A stretch of DNA of 59,038 bases, counting the filler, from Pirum gemmata (taxonomy: Eukaryota): assembly GCA_002812295.1 (NCBI GenBank). It is 9 parts of 9 records of this genome, joined end to end, with 100 filler letters (N's around TTAATTAATTAA, not from the genome) between each part and the next. Parts side by side here need not be neighbours in the genome. Positions count along the whole stretch, not along the records: positions 19,618 to 26,228 come from PDIN01000265.1; positions 26,329 to 32,730 come from PDIN01000266.1; positions 32,831 to 39,215 come from PDIN01000267.1; 6 more parts are not named here. One strand, written 5' to 3'. The translations under genes and the position numbers were made by a program. The notes beneath the pieces were generated by a model that saw nothing but the letters and a program-made list of their open reading frames with translations, had not been told where the DNA came from and ran no database searches. Below, piece after piece: positions 24,978 to 35,580 of this stretch. Within the stretch, counting starts at the first letter, position 1. Each line of letters starts with the position of its first letter.

Positions 24978-25385
24978 CAGGGCTGTCAAATCCGACTTTT
25001 CCACATACAGTAACGTCACTTTAAAAGTTTAAACTACCCCTGTGTGGGCTCGGCTTCATATTTTTTTATTCGAATCGATGCAGGAAAAGGCCTCGAATCA
25101 TATTCTGCTATTATATTTTTTTGATTTTTTAAATTGGTCGAGTAATTTGAGTCGAGGTTTTCGGCCGGTTTCGAGTATTTTAACCCCGACCGAAACCCTG
25201 GCCCGAAACCCCCGACTCAAATTACTCGATCAATTTAAAAAATCAAATTTTTTTATAATAATAATAGGAGAATATGATTCGGTTTTCCTGCATCGATCCG
25301 ACTCAAAAAATATGAAGCCGAGCCCACAAAGGGGTAGTTTAAAGTGATGTTACTGTATATGGAAAAGTCGGATTTGACAACCCTG
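24978..25385. mobile_element. 408-bp fold-back (almost fully palindromic) non-autonomous element with CAGGG termini
   Basis: CAGGGCTGTCAAATCCGACTTTTCC..GGAAAAGTCGGATTTGACAACCCTG. The arms stay complementary for ~190 bp, up to a short central spacer. No TSD seen. Confidence 0.88.
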
Positions 25386-25599
25386 TCGGGGCCCGACCCT
25401 GTGATAGCTCTAGCTAGTAGCTGCTCTACTACTAGTAGTAGACTAGCTAGTAGTAGCTAGCTACTAGTAGCTAGCTAGAGGCTGCTATGCTAGCTAGTAG
25501 CTAGCTAGCTAGCACTAGACTTGAGTGATCTGCAGCTAGACATTTTTTTATTTGACAAATAATAAAAAAAAAATTTTTATTAGATTTTTTTTTTCGAAA

Positions 25600-25740
25600 A
25601 AATGGGGATCAATTGATGACACAAAAAAAAAACACGACATCAATTGATGACATAGCGTTCTGACGGACAGACGGATAGACACGATGCTCCGCCACAAAAT
25701 TGCGAGCTTTATTAAAAGGCGAAGAGTCGGCAACACTTTT
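25600..25740 (+). mobile_element. Possible DINE-1/HINE-like (non-autonomous Helentron) fragment
   Basis: GACGGACAGACGGATAGAC microsatellite and a duplicated ATCAATTGATGACA. Termini not resolved. Confidence 0.3.
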
Positions 25741-26433
25741 TTGACTTGATCCCTAGCTAGGCTAGCCCTAAATTGTTCGCACTAAGGGTGCATCAAAGAC
25801 TTTCAAGATTATTATTAGTTACACACAATTAGTTACAAACAGCCTAATTTAGTTATGACGTTTATTTATAATTAATGACGCACTAACATAAAGTGACGTA
25901 TTTAAAATTTGAGAGTTGTTAGAGTAGAGCCCTAACCCTAACCCTAACCCTAACCTAACCCTAACCCTAACCTAACCCTAACCTCTCAAGGTTGAGGTAT
26001 CATATCGTAGAAGGTAGGAGGTAGTCTATAATTATTTTTACGTGCTGGAGCCTGGGGCAACAAGGACTTCAAGAAATTGGTTGGAGGTTTATTATTAGAC
26101 TAGAAAAATTATTATAAAATTTTTTTTTAATATGATTATTTATGATTTTTACAGATGATTTTTATATTATATTAGTATTATTATATTATTATTATTATTA
26201 TATATTATTATTTTATTATTATTATTAGNNNNNNNNNNNNNNNNNNNNNNNNNNNNNNNNNNNNNNNNNNNNTTAATTAATTAANNNNNNNNNNNNNNNN
26301 NNNNNNNNNNNNNNNNNNNNNNNNNNNNAAAAAAAAAAAAAAAAAAAAAAAAAAAAGAAAAATTAAAAAAAAAAAATACTAGTAAATAATAATAAAAAAA
26401 TAATATACAATATAAATAAAATAGTATATAAAT

Positions 26434-27225
26434 ATGGTTAATTTTAGATTAGCAGCCTTTCACGATAGTGATTTGAATCAAAACTTGGCTGAAGTTACGA
26501 GAGGAGAAACAAGTACAAACCCGAGGTTTAAAGAAACTTGTGATAGTAGAGATTTTCGTATTAATAATGGGGTTTTGTATAGTGGTGACAGACTTATGTA
26601 TTGTCATTCTGCAAATTTACCAAATTTGGGCTTAATAGATATAGATGTCAATGCATTTTCAAATACACCACAATTAAGAACGTTAGATTTAAGTGGTAAT
26701 CGTTTTAATATCATTAAACGAGAAACTTTTCAATATGCTTCAAAAATGTCCACTTTAAATTTGCAAAATAACGGAGTCTATAAAGTTGATAAGGATGCTT
26801 TTCATGACTTTCCTCATTTACGTAATTTAAACTTAAATAACAATGATATACGAATTTTAAATACTGTTACTTATGAAAATATTCAGAGTTTAACATTAGA
26901 AGGAAATAGTAATTTAGATTGTTGTTCAGTTGCTCGATTAGACGAAAATATCCAAATGTCTACTTGTAAATTTGAAGAAAATAGTTTTACAACACAGTCA
27001 ATTGCAGAAGTTAGAACTGTGTGTAACCAATGTGATAGTCCAGGTAAATTTGCTGTTGGCCCAGGAAAAGACTGTGGTATCTGCCCGACTTTACAGGAGG
27101 GATTTGCATGTCGTGGTGGTAGTAAAAAGAAAATACCTCTGAGTGTTATGGGATTTTTAAATAAGTATATCACTAAAACAGGACACGAAGAGCTGCTGCA
27201 TTATATAATCGATTCTTTATTCTAA
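26434..27225 (+). CDS. Leucine-rich-repeat protein with a Cys-rich C-terminal region
   Basis: 263 aa, intronless. 24-residue LRRs (LRTLDLSGNRF, MSTLNLQNNGV, LRNLNLNNNDI, IQSLTLEGN), an LRRCT-like NLDCC and a Cys-rich CNQCDSPGKFA..CGICP..FACRGG segment. Confidence 0.88.
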   Translation: MVNFRLAAFHDSDLNQNLAEVTRGETSTNPRFKETCDSRDFRINNGVLYSGDRLMYCHSANLPNLGLIDIDVNAFSNTPQLRTLDLSGNRFNIIKRETFQYASKMSTLNLQNNGVYKVDKDAFHDFPHLRNLNLNNNDIRILNTVTYENIQSLTLEGNSNLDCCSVARLDENIQMSTCKFEENSFTTQSIAEVRTVCNQCDSPGKFAVGPGKDCGICPTLQEGFACRGGSKKKIPLSVMGFLNKYITKTGHEELLHYIIDSLF

Positions 27226-27895
27226 TACATTTATTATATAATATTATATATATAAATGGTAATAATATTTAATTTCAATGGAAATAAATAAATATAAATA
27301 AAACTTAGCACGAAGACTGGTATTTCAGATGATAGATAACCGCAACTACTACAAGTTTATTTTGTAAGCTAGGCCTGGTATATATATAAATATAACATTT
27401 TCTAAACAATAATAAAAAGATAACTTATCAAGATTGTTTTATAAGAAAATTCGTATACTTACAATTAAAAAGAGTAGTGCATTATATATTTTTGTTATCA
27501 TTTCACACTTTGTAATGCAAATGGAACTCTTAAAAAAAGGACGTCATCCAAAGGGTAGTTTAGTAGTTTCCCACGAAAAGCATGTCAATATTAAAAGGTA
27601 TGCCCTAAATATACCTTAAACTATTTTAATTATGTTTAGGGCACGTAATTTATATTTAGGCCACATAATAGGGCACATAATTTAAGGCAAATAAAAACTT
27701 TTCAAAAAAATTACTATGACATGTCATACTATGATAAAAAAAAAAAAAAAAACTCGACCTGGGTTGCTGGCACGCTGCCCAGTGCCCATGCCTTCAATTG
27801 TATTCTTTTTCAAGGACTACGTGTTATAAAATTAATAATATTATATGAATAATTTTGTAAAATTAATGGTTTAATTCTTTATTTTTTTTTCGATA

Positions 27896-28555
27896 TTATC
27901 TTTGAGGTTCCAAATTAAAGGTTTGCTTTATTATTTGTATATGTTGTTTACCATACGAATTTTCATAAACACACATATGACAAGCACACAGAGAGCAGTG
28001 ATCTTTGTTATCTTCCATATCATCATCAACACCATCTTCATTTCCATAACAATTATTTTCATATTTACACATGAAGCAAGAACAAGAAGGGCCATGATTA
28101 CTTGAAATATCACCATTACCGTATTTGAAATTAATTTTCCCATTATTATTATTGTTGTAATCACGTTCATATACACACATTAGACAATTACAGTCTTTTT
28201 TATGTTTAACTAATATTGTATTTTTGTTTGTTGCTCTAATTTTTTTATCATTACTTTTATTTGAATCACTTAACAAACTTGCATTGCTTTCGTATGTGCA
28301 CATAATACAGTCACAATTATTTGTATGTTGTTGTTGTTGTGATTGCTGTTTATTATTTTTATTATTTGTGCTGGTAATAAGTTTGGAGTTATCGTTGTAA
28401 TTATTTTCATATTTACAACTTAAGCATTCACAACCTACATCATGTTGGGTTTTGGTTAGTTGAGTAGTTCGTTTGTTATTAATAGAAATGAAGTCAGAAC
28501 AAGAATTTTCGTAAGCACACATAGGGCATGTGCAAGAAAAATTATGAAGAAACAT
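27896..28555 (-). CDS. His/Cys repeat protein: six H-x3-C-x-C-x2-C-x-Y-E units, putative metal binding
   Basis: HNFSCTCPMCAYE, HDVGCECLSCKYE, HTNNCDCIMCTYE, HKKDCNCLMCVYE, HGPSCSCFMCKYE and HCSLCACHMCVYE, separated by low-complexity linkers, in an intact 219-aa ORF. Confidence 0.88.
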   Translation of the reverse strand: MFLHNFSCTCPMCAYENSCSDFISINNKRTTQLTKTQHDVGCECLSCKYENNYNDNSKLITSTNNKNNKQQSQQQQHTNNCDCIMCTYESNASLLSDSNKSNDKKIRATNKNTILVKHKKDCNCLMCVYERDYNNNNNGKINFKYGNGDISSNHGPSCSCFMCKYENNCYGNEDGVDDDMEDNKDHCSLCACHMCVYENSYGKQHIQIIKQTFNLEPQR

Positions 28556-31510
28556 GATGATTATAAATGTATAACTTGTATTTTCGAAGTATGTAGTAAT
28601 TAAATTAGAAAATTGAATAAATTAAAAAATAATGCTTTTTCTCAAAAAATAAAACTGGTAAAAAAAAATTTAAAAGAAATTTAATTTTTTTTATCATTTT
28701 TTTCTTTGGTGATTGTATTTATAGAGTCTATTAAATATACCTACAGTATTAAATTAAGTTTTTTCTTTATTTTCCATGTGCTTTCCATTTTTTTTTTTTC
28801 ATTTTTTTTTCAAATGAATCAACCAAAATGTTGGCTGTATAATATTATTATATAATTATAATATTTCCACTATTTTATTATTTCTATAGTCTAGTCTATA
28901 ATATATATTATATATGTATATATGTAAACACTTCTATCCCAGGGGTCCACTTATGTTGTATATGACGTACATATAATATATATTATTATTATTGATGCTG
29001 TTTGGTTTGGTAAGTACCTGTTTACTGAATCTAGTTATTCTCTACATAACAAATATATCACGTTTATCCGCAAAAAGTGTCTATATATATAGTCACATAA
29101 TACTGTTTTTTTTAATTTATTAAGTTATTAATGGGGAATGGTATTACAATATTATTCACAATGTAACTATAATATTAATAACAACTTGTTATAATTACTG
29201 AATAGAGATCAATACTGTTTTATTTTTTATCCTAACCCCTAACTCTAACCCTAACCCTAACCCTAAATATACTTTGCCTAATCCTCGAAACTCCTTTGAC
29301 AGGCCGCCTAACTCTAACTCTAACCCTAACCCTAACCCATAATATTATAGACGACTAAAATTTATAGTATATTTTACTGTGAGTTTTTACACTGTTTTTA
29401 CATCATAGTGGTGACGCAGGATTTTGACTCCAACGACAACAGAGTCTCGTCCCCAGGGCCAAGTCTACGTATCATAGAATTTGATAGATATAAAATGTAA
29501 CAAATTTGTAAATAATCATTCATTCAGAAGATTGAGAAGTAGTTTGATCGAGTTTCATTGGCATGTCAATTTGTACATCTTCCAATTGGCTTCAGCCATT
29601 TCGAAATACACCAATATTTTTGGATGATGAATTTTTCTCTTTTTTTTTATTTTTTTTTTATTTACTTATTTATTAGTTTAGTCCAGTGGTTTTACTGGTT
29701 TAGTCTATTTACTTATTTATTTATTATTAGGGAAAAAAAGACATTTCAAGGCCTTTCATTAGCTAAAAAAAATTTCTCTAATTCATCAGAAACATTTCCG
29801 CCAATTAAAGTTCTATTTAAATGGCTACTTTTTTATTATGGACAAATTCGTCTTGGATGTTCATCTACTGTAGCCTCTTAACGAATATTTTTAAAAAATA
29901 ATTGTTTAATTAACAAATGACATATTATTTTTAATATTATATATTATTTCAAATTTTTCTTATACAGGACCTGTAAAAGAAAGGAGAAAGAAAAAACAAA
30001 ATAGTTTTTTCTTCCATCAGGGAATAATTCAATAAGACCTGATAACCCATTAAATGGATAAGGACACCAACAAAAACCACGTTCTTTTTTGAATACTCTT
30101 ACTCTTACTATAATTACTAGATAAATATATCATATTACATTACTATAAGTAAAATTATAAGTAAAATTTGAAGAATATCAAATGAGAGGAATTCTGGGAA
30201 AAGTATGCAGGGGAAACGCAGGACCTGTAGAAGAAAGGAGAAGAGAAAGAAAAAACAAAATAGGTTTTTTGGAAGTTATTGGCCTTATCATATTTTTTAG
30301 TTTTAAGTTTTTTATTTTACTTTTGGGTGTTTGAGGTCTTAATAGAAAATAATTGCTTTGTATATTATTTGATTATACGTAAGTCTTGAGACTATATTAT
30401 AAATATTACATTACAAAAATATTAGTTAGTTTATTATTTTGAAAACATTTTATTTACTTTTTTGACAATTACTTAGTTATTCTTTTGTTACATTATTACC
30501 TGTATAAACATACTTCTGTAAAGAAGAATATTTTTTAGGAAAGATTTCTAACTTACATCCTTTTTTTTTTGTATTGATAAATAAGCATTGAAATATAATA
30601 GTTATTATCATTATTATAATTATAACATACAAAATAATAAGTTACATAATAAACGTTAATTAAACTAAGTACTAAGTAAGTTTTAAATTTAACTACCAAT
30701 TAGTTTGCACTACTATAGGCCAAGACTCAGGAGAGAAACGAAAAAGAAACGAGAGAACAACATTGATCCAACTGAAGCCTTTGTTAATATTATTTAGTTG
30801 TACATAATAAAAACAAAGCTTCAAGAAAGAGTAATCTAGTTTTTTGAGGAAAAATAGACTACAACCAGCACCACAACCAGCACCACAACCAGCACCACAA
30901 ACAATATAAATACAAATCGCTTACTATATTTATTTACAATTTTGAAAACAATAGTACAAAAATTCAACCCCCCCCCCCCCTACATTCAGCAAATGGTATA
31001 ATATATAACCAATATAATAGAACGTTAACGTTAAATAGCCTATCCTTAATACAAAGTGCCCGAACTAGCAAAGCATTGAATAACAAGCAACCACGACCAT
31101 GTAACTGCACAAGCAAGAAACCGACAATAACTGTCAAACTCCGTTATGACAGCCTTCGAGCAACACCAATGTTACAACACTACACAAGAGGGAAACTACC
31201 AAGCTCCATTATGGTAAACCCCCGCTTAAACCCTAACTCTAGGTACCCGCCCATGGGTACGTGATATAATAATAATAATAGTAATAAATATAATAATAGT
31301 AATAAATATAATAATAGATCCTTTTTTATTGTTTACATAATGTTAAATTTAAATAGTTGTTAAATTTAAATAGTTGTTAATTTAAATAGTTGTTAAATTT
31401 AAATAGTTGTTAAATTTATAAATTTAAAAATTATGTCACAATTTTTCTATAGAAAACATTTATTATATCAATTATAAAACTTATCAATTGAATGATTGTT
31501 ATTTTTTAAT

Positions 31511-32304
31511 CTAAACAATATTGAAGTCATCTTTCCCATTGGAAATTGAATTATGACTGGAATGTTTAGTCACACTAGCAGCACTAGAACTGTCAAGGTC
31601 CCCCCCAAAATTATATTGATAAGCAAAATAATGCACTTCAAAACCAGCAATACCCCCGGTAAAAGGGGCTATAATGTAAAGCCATAAATAAGTATCGATA
31701 AATGGCACTGGCGAAAGAGCGAGCTGGATTGATTCCACAGCCGGTAATATATAGGGATTAACAAAATATGGGCCAAGAACGCAGCAAAACCAATGGCTAA
31801 ACCAGATACAATATTAGAATACTTTTGATTTCTTTTATCAACAGCAACACCAGCCACAGTATAACACAGTAAAGCAGTTCCAATAAATTCAGCGAAAAAT
31901 GCCCCTGGTAAACTACCACCAGCAGACTCACCATTTACCACACATGGCACCAAGAAATTGTACGACCATTTTAATCAAACCTTGAAACACGACGTTCAAT
32001 TTTCCATATAACACCATAAGAGCAGCTGTATCAGCTGGGTTAAAATGGTTAGAGTCGTGTAAACTAAAACCATAATGGTCATACCAAAGGCAAAAGCAAT
32101 AGTTAATATGTCGGATGTCACGTAGTTGGACGACCTACTAGTAATGTCACGTAGTTGGACGACCTACTAGTAATGTCTACTTTGGAGGAAGTGATTACAC
32201 CTATAGTTGTGAACAAAAAGAAGAACATACCCATAAACTAGGCAATATAACCTCTTAAAGCTTTAATTAACGGTGATCGTCTCTTTAACATTGAAAAATC
32301 CCAT
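31511..32304 (-). pseudogene. Aquaporin (MIP family, PIP-like) pseudogene
   Basis: RGYIA*FMG (AEF motif with a stop), IAFAFGMTIMVLVY, HFNPA, AEFIGT, LAIGFA.FLAH..LIPI/TGCGINPARSF, LWLYIIAPFTG. Disrupted by frameshifts, deletions and a 29-bp tandem duplication at 32117-32177. Confidence 0.93.
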
Positions 32305-32659
32305 GTTTATAAGTAATGTCAATTAATAATAATATTATTTTGGAATTTGTTATTTTTGTTTTTGTTGCTTTTGATTATGAATTTTTAAGTGTATTATTTG
32401 ATCAAGAACAATATTAAATAATGTTATACAATATTTTTTTTTTTTGAAATTTGACATTTTTTCCAGTTTTCTGATTATAACACAACCATTGTTTTTATAC
32501 TTGATTTTTTTTTCAAAACTAATGCATGATATTGTTGTTTTGTTTTGTTAGTATTGATATTATTATTATTACGATATGAATAATATTATTGAAAAAATTA
32601 TGTATAATTTCACAAAAAATAAAGAATGGTAAACGAACAGATAATGGAATAGCAATAAA

Positions 32660-32706
<47 letters not shown>

Positions 32707-32879
32707 ACTATAAAAAATATAAAATTATTANNNNNNNNNNNNNNNNNNNNNNNNNNNNNNNNNNNNNNNNNNNNTTAATTAATTAANNNNNNNNNNNNNN
32801 NNNNNNNNNNNNNNNNNNNNNNNNNNNNNNAATAATAATAATAATCAAAAAGTATAAAACTATAATACTACACACAATT

Positions 32880-33890
32880 ATGTTCGTTCCTAAAACTGTA
32901 CAATCAATTCACAAAATTCTCTTGATGAACAAAGATATTCATAAAGAAAAATGCCCTAAGAAGCAGAATAATAACAATGCTAATTGTCCTCGTTTTACTG
33001 AGTCCTCGCTGAAGTTACTGAATTCTAATAAAATTGCAACGTGCAAAAATTCACATACCGTTCATACCAATAAATTTTTTACAGGTTTAACCAAAAAGAT
33101 TAGTAATAGTGATAACAATATTGATAAGAATCACAATCACAATCACAATCACAATCACAATCACAATCACAATCACAATCACAATCACAATCACAATCTT
33201 AATAACAACAACAACAATAATAATAATAATAATAATAATTACAGTACTGGTAGCAGTAACAATATTAGCAGTACTAAAAACAAAAGTTACAGCAATACAG
33301 TTAATAACATTACCCACGATAATAATAATAAAAATAGTAATAAAAATAATCTAAATAATAGTGAAAATAATGATGTCTTTAATGAAAGTAGTAAAGGGTT
33401 CTTGTATCGTGTTGATTCTTTATTTTCAAGAAAAGCCAATTCAAATGCTAAGGATATGCAAGAACTACAAGAAACAGGCAAGTTTGAGCAACAGCAACAA
33501 CAAGTAGAACGTAATAAACTGGACAAGAAAAAAGAATTTCGTCGCAAAATAAACTCGCGGTTGATAAGAATAGAAACACAATATGCAAAAGGGAATACCC
33601 AGGAAAAATCATTACAAAGAGAACAACAACAGCAACAACAACAGCATACTTCACCACTTTATACACCAGTGCACCATGTACCACCACAAGTACTACAATA
33701 CCTTAATAACTACCCACAGCAATTAGAAGTGCGACAACAAGAATTAGAACAACTGCGACAAAAAGAGAACGAACAAGAAGATAAACAAGATTTAATGCAG
33801 CTAAATGAAGATTTTTGTTTATTGAAAACTTTTTTGATAACTTTTTTACTCTATTTGTCTTTTTTATTTAACATAATGCTTTTTTTGTAA
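32880..33890 (+). CDS. Hypothetical low-complexity protein with (Asn-His)n, poly-Asn/Gln and a C-terminal hydrophobic anchor
   Basis: 336-aa ORF in very AT-rich DNA, with microsatellites kept in frame and a terminal segment FLITFLLYLSFLFNIMLFL. Confidence 0.7.
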   Translation: MFVPKTVQSIHKILLMNKDIHKEKCPKKQNNNNANCPRFTESSLKLLNSNKIATCKNSHTVHTNKFFTGLTKKISNSDNNIDKNHNHNHNHNHNHNHNHNHNHNHNLNNNNNNNNNNNNNYSTGSSNNISSTKNKSYSNTVNNITHDNNNKNSNKNNLNNSENNDVFNESSKGFLYRVDSLFSRKANSNAKDMQELQETGKFEQQQQQVERNKLDKKKEFRRKINSRLIRIETQYAKGNTQEKSLQREQQQQQQQHTSPLYTPVHHVPPQVLQYLNNYPQQLEVRQQELEQLRQKENEQEDKQDLMQLNEDFCLLKTFLITFLLYLSFLFNIMLFL

Positions 33891-34710
33891 AGTAACCAAA
33901 TGGCATATTTTTTCATATATATATTATTGTTTAAACAAAAATAAAAAGTAGTAATGCAATATAAATAAATTGCTTGTTAAAAAATTAAAAAAAAACAGAT
34001 CCCAAGAATCTCTTCCAATTTTAATACAAGTACTACAAAATTTTGCTAAATTTTGAGAAATCATCTAACTAAGAAAACTCCATTATGAACCAATGGCTTT
34101 ATTACATACTCACTTTTAAAAAAACAGTAAAACAGCTAGTAAAACTAGTACTCTTGCAAATTTCCTAGTGCAAATTTCTTCTTTAGAAACCCTTTGAGGA
34201 TGCTCAGAAATATTAGAAATGCATTGAAAAAGTTTGAAAAAAAAAAAAAAAATCCAGCTAGAATCAGCTTTGCTTTGTTCTTTGTTATGTAAAGTCAGAT
34301 CAGGATACAATCAAAAACAATCGATATACAGTGGAAATAAGAGTGTGCTTTCTGAAATAGTTACCGCCATATTTTTTTCTTCTAATAAACAGTTTAATTA
34401 AAATATGATAACAATAATTAGAATAATTAGTAAAAAACAAGTGTTATTTTAGTATGATTACTTGTTAGAATAGGCAATGGAGTAATGTGTTAAATCAGAT
34501 TTTGCCCTAGGTCTATTTATGTTTTTGGTTTTAGTTTTTGAATGATTGAGGTCTATTTATGTTTTTGGTTTTAGTTTTTGAACAACAAGAGAACCACTGT
34601 GTTGAATATTACTATGAAAACAAAAATATGTGGGCTTTACAATTAGGGTTAGGGAATGTTAGGGAGTGTTAGGGTTAGGGTTAGGGTAGCTGTTAGGGTA
34701 AAGTAATAAT

Positions 34711-34804
34711 ATGACGTCACTATGACTTTTAATGACGTCACTGTGACTCTTGATGACATCACTATGACCTTTGATGGCGTCATTGTGATTCTTGATGACG
34801 TCAT
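34711..34804. repeat. 21-bp tandem repeat carrying TGACGTCA (CRE/ATF-type) palindromes
   Basis: About 4.5 units of ATGACGTCACT(A/G)TGACT(C/T)TT(A/G), ending ~55 bp upstream of the tRNA. Confidence 0.85.
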
Positions 34805-34859
34805 GTTTTTTTTTTTTTGTAATAAATATATTTGTTAAAAAGCGATTGCAGGCAGAGTT

Positions 34860-34934
34860 GCCTTCGTAGCTCAGTTTGGTTAGAGCGTTGGACTTTTAAT
34901 CCAAATGTCGTGGGTTCGAGTCCCACCGAGGGCT
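34860..34934 (+). tRNA. tRNA-Lys (anticodon TTT)
   Basis: Acceptor stem GCCTTCG/CGAGGGC, D arm GCTC..GAGC, anticodon arm TTGGA-CTTTTAA-TCCAA, T arm GTGGG-TTCGAGT-CCCAC. No intron. A T6 Pol III terminator lies at ~34942-34947. Confidence 0.96.
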
Positions 34935-35100
34935 AAAAATATTTTTTCACAATATTTATGTTTATTATTATTGTACTTTTGTTATTATTGTTGTTATATT
35001 AAATATTGTTATTAATATTATGAATATTAATTATTATTAATATTATGAATATTAATTATTATTATTGATATTGTGAATAATTATTATTATTATTATGAGA

Positions 35101-35580
35101 GAAAGTATAGCTGTGGAAAGAAATTGGAAAGAATATGGTGTCAAATGAGTGTTAAATGGTGGAGAGTGGGTAATTGTTTGTTTGTCGAAAACGTGCACAT
35201 GTTACAACTCATATAATATATCAATCAAATAAATTAAGTTTTAATTTGTTCTCATTTAATGATCACAACAGTGATGAAGATGAAGAGGAATATGAATATG
35301 AACAAGCTGTTCAAGATGATTTGAATAAATTGAAATATTACAGAAAAAAAATTAGACGAAAGTGCAACCGAAAAGGAAGGCTTTTAATTTTAAATTTTGA
35401 TATTAAAATATTGCTCAATGGTGGAAGAAAAAAGTTGATACGCTCTCTGTTCTTGGTGCATGGCACATTGTTCCTTTAGAGTACTTTCCCTTCCCTCTGG
35501 TCCACCAGTTGAGAGAATTAATTCTAAATTAGAGTTCCTTATTAGCTTTGGAAACAGGAGCAGAATTGACCTCTACTAAG
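35101..35580 (+). pseudogene. SWIM zinc-finger remnant (MULE-transposase-like)
   Basis: EYGVK*VLNGGEWVIVCLSKTCTC..YQSNKL..ICSHLM across frameshifts gives the SWIM CxC-xn-CxH pattern. Confidence 0.55.

Noticed and set aside
25042..25347. 101-aa ORF
   Set aside because: It lies within the palindromic element and has no protein-like motif.
35110..35140. AVERNW as a hAT dimerisation motif
   Set aside because: The residues that follow fit a SWIM finger and lack the hAT RNRL motif.
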